Notes: generated by a model from the letters alone, not told the origin. DNA of 63,843 nucleotides, filler included, from Octopus bimaculoides (GCF_001194135.2; 6 parts of 6 records of this genome joined end to end with filler, not necessarily neighbours in it), one strand, 5' to 3'. Positions 48,691-61,827 are shown, counted from the whole stretch's first letter. Program-made: numbers and translations.

Positions 48691-50742
48691 TCTCAACAAA
48701 CAATAACAAATCAGTTTCTCCACTACACCTATCATGAAAACACATCTGTGACATTGCACCGTTTTTTTTTTTACGCATGAAAACAGTTCTCATTTAATTC
48801 TCTCCATACAAATGACAGGCCTTACAATCTTTGCAGCAGCTGCATGAACAGAAATCCTTGACAGCTTGCGAAAAATGGCAACCTAACTGACTAGCATAAA
48901 GTCACATATAGACACGCTCCAGGCTCTAGCCAAGGGCATGCTATCTTTTCTCGCTACTTTATCTACGATTACTATAATGATCTCTGCCCTTTGGATCTGA
49001 CTGGATTCGCGCCATCTCAGCTCATATATTCCAATCCCATTCAAGCATTCCACCTGTCTTTAACATTTGCAAAGACTACAATCAGTGCCCATTCGGCGGA
49101 ATAAATAACCAAGCAAACAAGAATATGGTATGAAGAGTTTGAAGCGCCTTAGCACCTGTGACAGTACCAGTTGATAGAATATGGTCATTAGCCATCCTGT
49201 TCCCTTGGCCATCATCACTAGAACCCCTATGATTAGAATAACTATAAAGCTGTAGTATTGTATGCGATATAAACGTAAACCTTTACCCTGCTGTAGTACA
49301 TCTGTCTTCGTTTATCACTGGTCTTTGGTTTTAAAAAAATCACCATGTTAAATGAACCAGTGATAAGTGAATGCTAAAACATATGGAGGAAAATAGGTTT
49401 TGTTTCGAGACTCCAAGTTGCTCAGAACATTGTGGATGGTCACTGAGGCACGCTTTTGCGGTAAAACAGAACCTTTCATTGATCGCCGACCTATGTTATC
49501 ACAAATCAATTCCTGATAAGTATTACCCGGTTCACAATTGAGCGTATTGTGTTACATGGATGTGTTATGAATCGTGTTACATGGATCTATTATGAATGAA
49601 TCATGGATAGGATAGACGTACATGAGCAAAACCTCATATAATGGATTTGGGTAGAATTTCGACAATTTTTTTCTTTTGAATAACAAATCTCAACTTCAGC
49701 CTAGGACTTCGATATTTATTTGTCGTTCAAACTAGCTAACATTCTTGCTCAGCCAATGAGTCAAATCTTTTTTGGTTGTTCAGCAATGCATATTAATATA
49801 CATTAGTGATTTCTTGCTTGTATTATATGGACGAGTTTATGCATTAACTGTTTAATTTATTGGAAATATGGTTGGCTACACGACACAACAGATCTCTCAG
49901 TTCAACGAGCAGTGATCTTTTCGCTAACGCCAGCTGCTTGTTCTCTTAACACAACCTACGTATTTCGCGCACTTATGCAAGCAGTCGATATAGTTATTGT
50001 CAAGTGTGACAGGGTTTACGTACGTAAACTCGGGCCGTTCGTCGAGTGAATGTGCTTGTATGTTTGTGAGTTGTGAGCGTGCATGCGTGCGTGTATATGT
50101 ATATGTGTGAGTGTGGCCACTGCTGTTGTACATATATAGACAACACTGTTATTTGGTGCTTCAATATATCTAGTCCATTGAGTTTTATATAAAACATCTA
50201 TTGTACATATATTTTTCTTGATCCATTGAAACATATAAATATATATAATCTTTTTTAACCGTCTTTTATTGCTTATTCGGAAGGTTTTACGTTCTTCTCT
50301 TCATTATTTGTCTAGAATATAAACATTAACATTTGAGTACATACACAGTACTGTCATTGATAACATAGCACTTGAAAAAAAAAATGGAAGAAAAGAAAAA
50401 CAGACGCATAATAGATGAGGTTGAAACGAAGTAGTCTAGCATGTCCAGTATGCTAATGGTTCAACTTACTAAATAGCTAAAATTGTAAACAATGGTAGCA
50501 AGCACTGCAAAAATGAGGTGAGTCTGTTAATAGTTTACATGAAGGATAAAAGCTCAAGTGAAACCCGTAACGACATATTGCTCACACATCAATTCATGAT
50601 CAGTGTTGAGTGTGCCGTGTTATTCGGAACAGTGATAAACGAGAGTAGATGTATATCAGAAAGACTACTACACATCGAAGCAGTTACGCATTTAAAGGTC
50701 TTTGATGTATTCCAAAGAAGGTTCTCTTGCTAATTGACAAAT

Positions 50743-50855
50743 GTTCTTTTTACTCTTGGCACAAGGCCCGAAATTTTGGGAGAGGGGGCCAGTCGATTAG
50801 ATCGACCCCAGTACGCAAATAGTACTTACTTTATCGACCCCGAAACGATAAAAGG
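50743..50855 (-). mobile_element. SINE family A 3' part (another partial at 45690-45809)
   Basis: GGCACAAGGCCCGAAATTTTGGG...ATCGACCCCAGTACGC. Confidence 0.85.
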
Positions 50856-51134
50856 CTCACACATCAATGCACTACTGGCTTCCACTATCAAATACACTCG
50901 CTTCTACCTATTCTACCTATCGGTATTCTTTTCTACTCGGGAACAGCAGTTGTAATAAAAGACTAAGTTAAATGCTTGCATATGAACTTCAACCAAGACA
51001 AAATCTGATCCAGATTCTATCAGGCAGAGCAGACTTGTCAGGATCTTCCAAACACTGAAGAACCGGTAATTCGTAAGAAGAAACTAATGTGGTCAACACA
51101 CCAGTGAGTCAATGTAACCAACTATACTTTAGAA

Positions 51135-51200
51135 CAATGCTACTCAAAGTCGTGGTCCGCGGACCGGTACCGGTCCCCCAGCCATCAGCTGCCAGTACAT
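51135..51200 (+). mobile_element. hAT/Charlie-like terminal fragment
   Basis: CAATGCTACTCAAAGTCGTGGTCCGCGGACCGG. Confidence 0.5.
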
Positions 51201-51247
51201 GGCAAGTTTCCAGAAGAGAAAGAAATAGTATAAAACGCTTATGTAAT

Positions 51248-51645
51248 ATTCTTTTACTCTTTTCAGTCATTTGACTGCGGCCATGCTGGAGCGCCGCCTT
51301 TAGTCGAGCAAATCGACCCCAAGACTTATTCTTTGTAAGCCTAGTACTTATTCTATCGGTCTCTTTTATCGAACCGGTAAGTTACGGGAACGTAAACACA
51401 CCAACATCGGTTGTCAAGCGATGTTGGGTGGGACAAAGAGACACACAAACATATACACACACATACATATACACATACGACGGGCTTCTTCCAGTTTCCG
51501 TCAACCAAATCTACTCACAAGGCTTTAGTCGGCCCGAAGCTATAGCAGAAGACACTTGCCCAAGGTGTCACGCAGCGGGACTGAACCCGGGACCATGTGG
51601 TTGGTAAGCAAGCTACTTACCACACAGCCACTCTTGCGCCTATAT
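51248..51645 (-). mobile_element. SINE family B, full length
   Basis: Near-consensus. Confidence 0.92.
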
Positions 51646-52034
51646 TGTATTTTCTTGTTTATAAAATAAATATAAGATAAAAGAAATTGTCAACTTTTAT
51701 TGTATTCATTATATATATTGTTTCCGGTGTAAATTAATATTACTAAGAAATATTACCGATCCCTGGCACACTGGAAAAAGAAATTGCTGGTACACCACAT
51801 CAGATAGTTTGCTAAGCACTGCTTTAGAAGAAGGTGGTCCAGAACAATCATAATTCAATGACTGAAATACCTATAAAGGAATGAAAATATGTTTAAAGAA
51901 TTCCCTGATCGAGTCAGCAACTTTGTACTATAAGACTTACTATATATCATATATAAGAGCTTTCAGATTACAATATCAATATTTATGCATATTCTTATCG
52001 CCCCAAACACGTATAATATAACACATAATATTGT

Positions 52035-52232
52035 ACATGTATGTATGTATGTACGTATGTATGTACGTATGTATGTATGTATGTATGTATGTATGTATGT
52101 ATGTATGTATGTATGTATGTATGCATGTATGTTTGTATGCATGTATGTATGTATGTATGTATGTATGTATGTATGTATGTATGCATGTGTTTGTATGTAT
52201 GTGTGTACGTATGTGTTTGTATGCATGTATGT
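52035..52232 (+). repeat. (TATG)n microsatellite
   Basis: Direct reading. Confidence 0.95.
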
Positions 52233-52477
52233 ATAGCTTTGCTCGTATGCAAGAAAATAGCTAAGATGTCTGTCTGTCTGTCTGTCCGTTTGTATGTAAT
52301 ATAATAATAATAATAGTAATAATAATATATACAATATATATATATGTATATATATATAATGAAATATATAATACATTTATATACATGCGTAAATATATAT
52401 ATATATATACACGCACATAGATACAAGCATACATGCATATATATGTATATGTGTGTATACATATATTATACAAATAT

Positions 52478-52528
<51 letters not shown>

Positions 52529-53506
52529 CATGTATGTACATGCATATGTATATACAAGAAAATATGACACAATCAAAACAAGCAAGACGGTATCAGTTAT
52601 AAGAAACGTAACAAAACGTCAGCTAGAAAGTACTAAAACTGAACTTTCGTAAGAAACAAGCGGATGGCGGGAATTTGGTAAAACAAGCACTTCTTGAATT
52701 CATACGGTGAATTTGATCTGTCAAGCAGAAACTAAGCAAAGCGGTTATAATTACGTTGTTCCGTAGTGTTTATACAAACATTAAGCAAGTACTGATGTTG
52801 TTCCATAGTGTTTATATAAACATCAGGTAAGCACTACGAATTGATAAACAGTGAAATTCAGAGTTCAGCATATCGCTTACGTTATTTTAATGGTATCTTC
52901 GTTTGCACCAAGCGCCCTTATTAGCCTTTTCCTACACCGATGATAACAATCCGTAAATTGGAATGTCAGACTATCTATTTATCTTAGTGCATTAATACCC
53001 GAACGAAATACATATTATTTTCATTGCATAGCATACACTTTTGCTTTTTAATTTTAACCACATTCACTCTACATACATCCCATGCCCCCCCCCCACATAT
53101 ATATATATACACACACATACATATCGTATAGATACATACATATACATATACACATATATATTTGTTTATATATGTATATATATGTATATGTATANNNNNN
53201 NNNNNNNNNNNNNNNNNNNNNNNNNNNNNNNNNNNNNNNNNNNNNNNNNNNNNNNNNNNNNNNNNNNNNNNNNNNNNNNNNNNNNNNNNNNNNNNNNNNN
53301 NNNNNNNNNNNNNNNNNNNNNNNNNNNNNNNNNNNNNNNNNNNNNNNNNNNNNNNNNNNNNNNNNNNNNNNNNNNNNNNNNNNNNNNNNNNNNNNNNNNN
53401 NNNNNNNNNNNNNNNNNNNNNNNNNNNNNNNNNNNNNNNNNNNNNNNNNNNNNNNNNNNNNNNNNNNNNNNNNNNNNNNNNNNNNNNNNNNNNNNNNNNN
53501 NNNNNN

Positions 53507-53559
<53 letters not shown>

Positions 53560-53793
53560 CGTATATGTGTGTGTGTCTATGTACACGTATACATGTATGT
53601 ATGTATGTATTGTTAAGGGTTAGCATATCACAACTTGAGTGCATCCGAAAAACAATCTAGGTAGTGTTGTTTTCGTTAAAGAACAATTCACGTGGCAAAT
53701 GTTAATGAAAGTCGTCAGTTGTTAATGTTGAACAAACAATTTACGATGAAATCGGAAATTAGGTAGAAACAGAAGAAAACACTATTAAATCTC

Positions 53794-53896
53794 ACCAACC
53801 AACCAACCAACCAACCAACCAACCAACCAACCAACCAACCAACCAACCAACCAGCCAGCCAACCAACCAGTCAGCCAGCCAGTCAGCCAGTCAGCC
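53794..53896 (+). repeat. Compound (CCAA)n-(CCAG)n-(TCAG) microsatellite
   Basis: Direct reading. Confidence 0.95.
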
Positions 53897-54083
53897 AACA
53901 ACAAAAATAAATGTATTAAAAACAAAGACAATAGTTATGTTATTGTTAATATTTAGTGTACAGGGGCTTTAAAAAGCTAACTAAAATATTTATGCAGAAA
54001 TGAAAAGACCTTCCACCCCGTCAAAAAATAACAATAGTAGTTTATCAAGTTCAGCTTTTCAATAAGCACGGAAGATAGGGCTT

Positions 54084-54212
54084 ACATGTTTCGATATTAT
54101 TCTGATCTCATCAGTGAAGTATTGCGTTACTTTCTATCACTGTTTCGTCAAGTACGTTGAAAGTTGATTTCATTGATGAGCTCAGAAAACAATAACGAAA
54201 CATGTCTAGAAT
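54084..54212. ncRNA. Two oppositely oriented degenerate minimal hammerhead motifs (Penelope pLTR-like)
   Basis: Minus: CTGATGA-GAT..ATC-GAAACATGTA; plus: TTGATGA-G..C-GAAACATGTC-TAGAA. Confidence 0.55.
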
Positions 54213-54775
54213 TGTGTCCCATACCTGTTTTTCCTCCCCCTCTCTCTCTAATATTACACATTGACTAATATAACTTTCTTCATCATTTCGTATCTACTTC
54301 TAGTAACTTTTTTTGTTAAATACGTTAAATATGTTTGCACTAACTTAACAATTATAGTAATTCTGGTATTCAGCTAAAATATTATAAAAAATAATCGGAA
54401 GTAGTAAGGGATAATATAAACTCGCATATCATTTAACACTCAGCTACTTTTCCTAACAAGACTCCAATTAATTCGTTTACAAAATTCTACCGGAAATGTT
54501 CTCATTTTGGCATATTAATATGCACGAAGCTTGAAGCTGTTTCATTTGACTGACGCTGATAATTCCCTAGAGGAAGGTACGACGGTCCATTAATTCTCAT
54601 CTACAGCACTAAGACACAATCACTATACATATCAAAGGAACAATCTTGTATTTCCCTGTCGCTAGTCTTGGATAACATGCAATTAAACCCCTTAAAGATC
54701 ACACGTTTACTGATGATGTTGCATGCCGATTTCATATTCAATTTATAACATACTGTCCAGCTTTAAAGAACGAAT

Positions 54776-54809
<34 letters not shown>

Positions 54810-54814
54810 TACAG

Positions 54815-55028
54815 ATATTCTTTTCTAGGCACAAGGCCCAAAATTTTAGGGCTGGGTGCCACTCGATTAGATCCACCCCAGTACGCAATTGGTTCTTAAT
54901 TTATCGACCCTGAAAGGACGAAAGGCAAATTCGACCTCGGCGGAATTTGAACTTAGAACGTAAAGACAGACGAAATACCGCTAAGCATTTCGCCCGGCGT
55001 GCTAACGTTTCTGCCAGCTCGCCGCCAT
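54815..55028 (-). mobile_element. SINE family A, full length (partial copy at 55420-55585)
   Basis: Near-consensus head and core. Confidence 0.92.
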
Positions 55029-55641
55029 TATACAGTATAGATATCAATCTTTTATTGCTTAATACTTACTTCATATGATACTCCATTGCAGTAAATACGA
55101 CAGCAATACTGTTAGGCATACTTACGACCAAACTTTTGAAATAATCTGGGGTTATCTCTTGTGTCAGTGTAAGCGCATAGCCTAGTGGTTTGGGTGATAT
55201 ATCTACGATCTTTCGATCGTGACTTCTGTTCTCGCACCGAAGCGATGTGTTTTATTCTTGAGCAAAGCACGTCACCTCACGTTTCTCCAGCTTAGTTACG
55301 AAGTTATCCCTGCGACGGATGACGTCCCGTTTAAAAGGAAGTGTTGTAATCTTAGTCACGTATACGCCTTGAACGCTTCATTCTGATGAGTCATAGAGCT
55401 CATGACAGACCGATTGGTTTCAAATTTTGGCACAAGGCCAGCAATATTGAGAGAAAAAGTAAGTCGGTTGCATCGACCCCAGTACTCAACTGGTACTTAT
55501 TTTATCAACCCCGAAAGAACGAAAGGCAATGCCAACATCGGCGGAATTTCAACTAAGAACGTAAAGACGGACGTAATGCTGCTAAGATTTCTACTTGGCA
55601 TGCTAATACGAAAGTAATATTAACTGTAAACGTCATTAGAC

Positions 55642-56009
55642 TTTTTGATCTTAGCGAAGGTGGAGGTATTGTTTTCAGTGGTGTTTGTTCGTTCGTTTGT
55701 CTGTGGACAAGATATCTCAAGAACCAGTGGATGGATTCGGATGAAACTTTCAGAGATGTTTGGCCTCGTGACTGGCACGGACTGATTAGATTTTGGGATC
55801 GATCCGGGACCGGAAAAAAATTCTGGATTATTTTTCCGGTTTGTTTACTTAATTTTTGGGAGCGGTTGGTTTCATTTTTAGTATTCTCGTTTTTGAGAGC
55901 AGTCGAATTTATTTCAGATATTCTCATTTTAAAAATCATCTCCGGCTAATCGTTGAGAGGACTTTGGTGCTGCCTTGGCGGAGGTTTGCGCTCTCTGAAT
56001 GCTCTTGTT
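55642..56009 (+). mobile_element. HINE/DINE-1-like (Helentron-associated) non-autonomous element
   Basis: GGAGGTATTGTTTTCA 5' block, (GTTY)n/TCTG microsatellite, 3' GCCTTGGCGGAGGTTTGCGCTCTCTGAATGCT. Confidence 0.65.
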
Positions 56010-56041
56010 TCCATTTGCTTTGCTTAATATCTATGTGTATG

Positions 56042-56258
56042 TAAGGCGGCGCGCTGGCAGAATCGTCAACACACCGGGCGAAATGCTTAGCGGTATTTCG
56101 TCTGTCTTTACGTTCTGAGTTCAAATTCCTCCGAGGTCGACTTTGGCTTTCATCCTTTCGGGGTCGATGAATTAAGTACCAGTTCCATACTGGGGCCGAT
56201 CTAATCGACTGGCCTCCTCCCCCAAAATTTCGGGCCTTGTGCCTAGAGTAGAAAAGAA
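56042..56258 (+). mobile_element. SINE family A, full length
   Basis: GGCGGCGCGCTGGCAGAA...GAGTAGAAAAGAA. Confidence 0.92.
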
Positions 56259-56656
56259 TATCTATGCGTGTGCGTGCCCATAAACCGTCCTTATCTNNNN
56301 NNNNNNNNNNNNNNNNNNNNNNNNNNNNNNNNNNNNNNNNTTAATTAATTAANNNNNNNNNNNNNNNNNNNNNNNNNNNNNNNNNNNNNNNNNNNNCTTA
56401 CAAACTTATTTAAAATCCCACCGTGGTCAACTTTACCTTTTATCCTTTCGAGGTCGAAAAAATAAGTGCCAGTTGAACTTGATGAAATTGAATTGACCCC
56501 TCCCCTAAAATTGTTGGCTTTGTGCCAAAATTTGAAATCATTAAAGGTATTGAACTGACAGAATCGTTACCACATCGGTTCCTCACCGGGTTTAGCAATG
56601 CCATGTGAGCGAATTTAGTAGAAGCCCGTCGCGTGTTTGTATATATAAATATATAT

Positions 56657-56692
<36 letters not shown>

Positions 56693-56877
56693 ATGTGTGT
56701 GTACATGTTTAGTGGCATTTCTTCATACGTTCTGAGTCCAAATCCACCAAGATTAACTTTGCCGTTCATCATTTCAGGTTGATGAAATAACGTACCAGCT
56801 CAGCTTTGTAGTCGATGTAAGCGTTCTCCCTTACTTTCCCTCAAAATTGCCGGCTTTGTGCTAAAACTCAGACAGAA

Positions 56878-57095
56878 CATTCTTTTCTACTACAGGCGCA
56901 AGACCTGAAATTTGGGGGAGGGGGATAGTCTATTTCAACGACACCAGTGCGTAACTGGTACTTATTTCATCGACCGCGAAAGGATGAAAGGCAGAGTCGA
57001 CCTCGGCGGAATTTGAACTCAGAACGTAGCGACGGGCGAAATAACAACTAGCACTTCGTCCAGCGTGCTAACGCTTCTGCCAGCTCGCCGCCTTA
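56878..57095 (-). mobile_element. SINE family A, full length (degenerate copies at 56420-56545, 56720-56870, 60640-60810)
   Basis: Near-consensus. Confidence 0.9.
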
Positions 57096-57648
57096 TTAAA
57101 AGCTGGAGTTAATATTGAGAGAGTCTTGCCTGACGCATTAACAATTCGACCAAAAGATCCAACACTCAGAATAGTAAAGCAACAATGCTAGCGTTACCCT
57201 TTCGATGTAACTTAAACTTCAAGTACTCTGTGGAGATGGATATCCACAGAATGGGGGACTTTCAAGCTTCTTGCTTTTTGCTTAGGTTCTCGCCTGCGTT
57301 TTTCTTTTCTCTTACATTCTTTATACTCTTGGAGGTTTCCCCGCCGTTCCTCACCGGGCTTGGTAATGCCATGTGAGCGAATTTAGTAGAAGCCCGTCTC
57401 GTGTATATGTGTGTGTAAATATATATGTGTATCTGTGTGTGTGTATGTGTGTGTGATGTGTGTGTGTGTGTGTACATATAAGAAGTAGTGTTTATAGCCA
57501 CTTAAACATGGCTGTTCCGTAGGACCCGACGTTAGTGTTATTTTTAACCCCAGGAGGACGCCTCCGCCAGCCGGTTATTCGATTCAATCTGCACCCGATA
57601 TAGATTGCAAGCCGGGGAATGAATTCCTACCATCTTCAAGTCACGAGA

Positions 57649-57694
57649 CCACCAGACCACACGGTTTCGACCTCTCTATGGTCATCTTTGGTTG
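57649..57694 (-). ncRNA. Type I hammerhead-like motif with a core deletion
   Basis: ACCA-[CTG missing]AAGAT-GACC ATAGAGA GGTC-GAAA-CCG TG TGG-TC-TGGT. Confidence 0.55.
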
Positions 57695-58123
57695 TGGATA
57701 CTCGCCCTCTAAAGTAGTTCTCTCCAGCTCGCAATATATATAAAACAAAAAGAAACAAGCGACACACAAGCAGAGAGAAAGAGAGAGACAGACAGACAAA
57801 TAGAGACAGACAGACAAACAGAGACAGGGAGAGATAGAGAGAGAAAGAGAGAGAGAGAGCATGTGTATGTGTCTGTGTGTGTTTGTCTTTTTCAACACCG
57901 TTTGACAAAAAGAGGCCGATAGAGTAAGTAGCAGACTCAAAATATGTAGTGGAGTCGATATGATCGACTAAATCCTTCAAAACGATACTTTATCATGGAT
58001 GCGGAACGAAACAAGTGAAATAGTAAAAGATTACGCGCGCGCACACACAAATCTGCCACGTAGATTTACCTATTTCTTCATAAATTGAAAAAAGAGACAA
58101 TGAACAGCCTTAATGGAATACGT

Positions 58124-58181
<58 letters not shown>

Positions 58182-59089
58182 NNNNNNNNNNNNNNNNNNN
58201 NNNNNNNNNNNNNNNNNNNNNNNNNNNNNNNNNNNNNNNNNNNNNNNNNNNNNNNNNNNNNNNNNNNNNNNNNNNNNNNNNNNNNNNNNNNNNNNNNNNN
58301 NNNNNNNNNNNNNNNNNNNNNNNNNNNNNNNNNNNNNNNNNNNNNNNNNNNNNNNNNNNNNNNNNNNNNNNNNNNNNNNNNNNNNNNNNNNNNNNNNNNN
58401 NNNNNNNNNNNNNNNNNNNNNNNNNNNNNNNNNNNNNNNNNNNNNNNNNNNNNNNNNNNNNNNNNNNNNNNNNNNNNNNNNNNNNNNNNNNNNNNNNNNN
58501 NNNNNNNNNNNNNNNNNNNNNNNNNNNNNNNNNNNNNNNNNNNNNNNNNNNNNNNNNNNNNNNNNNNNNNNNNNNNNNNNNNNNNNNNNNNNNNNNNNNN
58601 NNNNNNNNNNNNNNNNNNNNNNNNNNNNNNNNNNNNNNNNNNNNNNNNNNNNNNNNNNNNNNNNNNNNNNNNNNNNNNNNNNNNNNNNNNNNNNNNNNNN
58701 NNNNNNNNNNNNNNNNNNNNNNNNNNNNNNNNNNNNNNNNNNNNNNNNNNNNNNNNNNNNNNNNNNNNNNNNNNNNNNNNNNNNNNNNNNNNNNNNNNNN
58801 NNNNNNNNNNNNNNNNNNNNNNNNNNNNNNNNNNNNNNNNNNNNNNNNNNNNNNNNNNNNNNNNNNNNNNNNNNNNNNNNNNNNNNNNNNNNNNNNNNNN
58901 NNNNNNNNNNNNNNNNNNNNNNNNNNNNNNNNNNNNNNNNNNNNNNNNNNNNNNNNNNNNNNNNNNNNNNNNNNNNNNNNNNNNNNNNNNNNNNNNNNNN
59001 NNNNNNNNNNNNNNNNNNNAGATAAAATATAAAAGATATATAAACATACACACACATATGCACATATACTTATACATATACATATGAGT

Positions 59090-59389
59090 TTTTTATTGAG
59101 CGAAAGCACCTAAAGCTCCACGAGGCTCCGGCAGGGGATGGTGGCGAACCCTGCTGTACTCTTTCACCACAACTTTCTCTCATTCTTACTTCCTGTTTCT
59201 GTTGTGCCTGTATTTCAAAGAGCTAGCCTTGTCACACTGTATCACGCTGAATATCCCCGAGAACTATGTTAAGGGTACACGTGTCTGTGGAGTGCTCAGC
59301 CACTTGCATGTTAATTTCACGAGCAGGCTGTTCTGTTGATCGGATCGACTAGAACCCTCGACGTCGTAAGCGATGGAGTGCCAACAACA
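59090..59389 (+). mobile_element. Unclassified retroposon 3' segment with (CAA) end, embedded in microsatellite
   Basis: Non-coding; ends GATGGAGTGCCAACAAC; family recognition from recall. Confidence 0.5.
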
Positions 59390-60059
59390 TATGTATATGT
59401 ATGTATGTGTGTATGTATGTGTGCGTGAATATATATGTCTATATGTATATGTATGTATGTATGCATGTATGTATGTATGTGTGCGTGAATGTATGTATGT
59501 ATGTATGTATGTATGTATATTTGAAACAGAGTTAGATGGATGTACATAAGAAGATGAAAAGGGATATGAAAACAACAAAACAAATGTTTATCTTCTATGT
59601 ACGATTGAAGTCATTATTTCGTTGTAAAGCAACCTCTTCACGAAGTGAGCGACTTTTGTTGTCATGGCGTACGGATTTCGTTCACTGCGTCACAATAATG
59701 AAACCAATTACAAGAGCACTGCTTGCTCATCATTCTGTGGAGAATATGACTTGAAAGATGGAGGAGGAAATTTTCTTCAATGTTATCCTAATGAAGGCAT
59801 CCCAATGAGGGGGCAACAACAGTTTTTTTTTCTTATGTTATCCATATATAAATTTTTGTTTAAAAATACATACATAAGAATATCCAAATATCCTATAAGG
59901 ACATATTGATTTGCCGGTATCATTAAGGGAGCAGTTGGAACAACAACTCTACAGGTAATAAATAAAACACTAAAGAAATAGAAATAATTCTGCTAATAGG
60001 TTTCGATTCTCGGTTGAATCCGTTTAATTCTAGAACTAATACATTTCAGTAAAAAGCAT

Positions 60060-60460
60060 GAACATCACTACCTCCGTGGATCTCCCTCCTTCTAATGCTT
60101 GGCTATTTTAACCCATTATGGAATTAAAACGTTTAAGCATTTGTCATAGAAGGGCCACTCGGCTGGTTGGTATTCAATTTCTAACGGTCACACTGCAGTT
60201 TCTGGCCTACAAGCATTCTGTATCTTCTCCCCGTTGTTTGCATCGCTGCTCTAATGACCTTTACTTTTTGGAGCTGGCTGGCCTCGTACCTTTACCACTC
60301 AAGCACACTCGAGTACCCACTTGTCTTTCTCCTTGTTGTCACTCTTGGTTCTTCCAACCCTCTCAGCCTAACCATTATGCCCAGTGCTTTCTTCCTGGAA
60401 CATCGTCCCTACAATTTTGACAGAACATTAAACGGCATCAAGCTTATCAGTCTTGGGGCG
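60060..60460 (+). mobile_element. CR1-clade LINE ORF2 C-terminal fragment
   Basis: PIME..RRATRLVG..ELAGLVPLPLKHTR..NHYAQCFLPGTSSL. Confidence 0.7.
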
Positions 60461-61023
60461 GGGGGGGGCTACAAATGTCATGGGCATGTTCCTTCCACCA
60501 GACTCAACATGTAAAAACAGAGAAGTGTGTCCCATTAGAAGCAGATATTTTTCTTTACCTTTCGAGGAAAAACGAGCTACTGTTGAAGGGAACACCTAGG
60601 AATGGAATCAGCAGATATTATCATATATAAACCCCTAACTGGTTAGCTGGCAAAAGCATTAGTGCGCCTGATAACATGCTTAGCATCATTTCTTCTGATC
60701 TTACATTCTGAGTTCAAATTCTGCCGAGGTAGAGTTTGCCTTTTATCCTTTCGGGGTCGATAAAATAAAGTACTAGATGAGCAGCGGGGTCGATGTAATC
60801 GACTTGCTCCAAAGACCTAGTCTTAGACTTGACAATGCTAATAACTATTTCTAATACAGGCCACAACTTCTGTTGAGAAATCTGCATTGGGGAGTGGCTT
60901 AGAACTTCACTGCGCCTTATATCTACCGTCCCAGAAAGCATGAAAATCAAAATCGACCTCAAAAAGGATTCGAACTTAGGACATTACGAAAGGCAACTCC
61001 ATAACGTTGTACAGATTATCATA

Positions 61024-61224
61024 CGAGGGGGTACTGAAAAGTTCCTGGCTTTGGGTAAAAGAAAATACAGGAGGATCAGCTAATTATGATTTTATTCAAC
61101 ATATTCTCCTTATTGCAGCATTCCTTCATTTTTTGTAACCCCTGTAAAAGAACTCGGAAGGTTGATCCTCCAGCCAGGCCTTTCGCGAGATTCTTAAAGC
61201 CAGGAACTTTTTAGTACCCCCTTG
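61024..61224 (-). mobile_element. Mariner-derived MITE with TA TSDs
   Basis: TA|CGAGGGGGTACTGAAAAGTTCCTGGCTTT ... AAAGCCAGGAACTTTTTAGTACCCCCTTG|TA. Confidence 0.88.
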
Positions 61225-61680
61225 TATATTCCGAGTTCTTTTTCTCTGGGCCGTCTACAGCCCACAGCAAGTTCTAAAGAAAGGGCTAGATGGGATAATT
61301 TGTAACCCATGTTCTTTTTTTTTTTTTCCTGAAGGGAATAAGGTTTATATAAGAATCGAACTTCTTTCACGGATGTCTTTCCTGCCTTTCAATTTGTTAC
61401 AATGTTGCTACATAAGTCAAGTCACTTTAATCGCTGATAGGTAAATTTATGTAACTGTACCGGTGTATCTGTGTGTATATTGTGCAAACATATATATATA
61501 TATGCAAGTATATAAGTATGTGTGTATATTTAAGCATGTATGTATGTATGTATGAACGTTTCTAAATGTGTATATATATANNNNNNNNNNNNNNNNNNNN
61601 NNNNNNNNNNNNNNNNNNNNNNNNTTAATTAATTAANNNNNNNNNNNNNNNNNNNNNNNNNNNNNNNNNNNNNNNNNNNN

Positions 61681-61776
61681 AAACATAAGAGCACCACAGC
61701 AAACCACAGCACATACCCAAGGCGCACAGAGCTGCGCTCGGTAGTGAAGTGAAAGCACGTTATAAAAATAAAACTA

Positions 61777-61781
<5 letters not shown>
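61681..61781 (+). mobile_element. R4/Dong 3' UTR (type 1) with (TAA)n tail at 61781-61827
   Basis: Matches the reverse complement of 20155-20250. Confidence 0.85.

Positions 61782-61827
<46 letters not shown>

Noticed and set aside
55383-55415. CTGATGA followed by a perfect GTCAT/ATGAC stem
   Set aside because: GAAA is replaced by AGAC, there is no stem I, and it lies at a SINE 3' end where LINE-recognition stem-loops are expected
59664-59909. 81-aa ORF with Cys/Gly content as a possible host exon
   Set aside because: No recognisable domain or convincing splice sites; needs RNA-seq or tblastn
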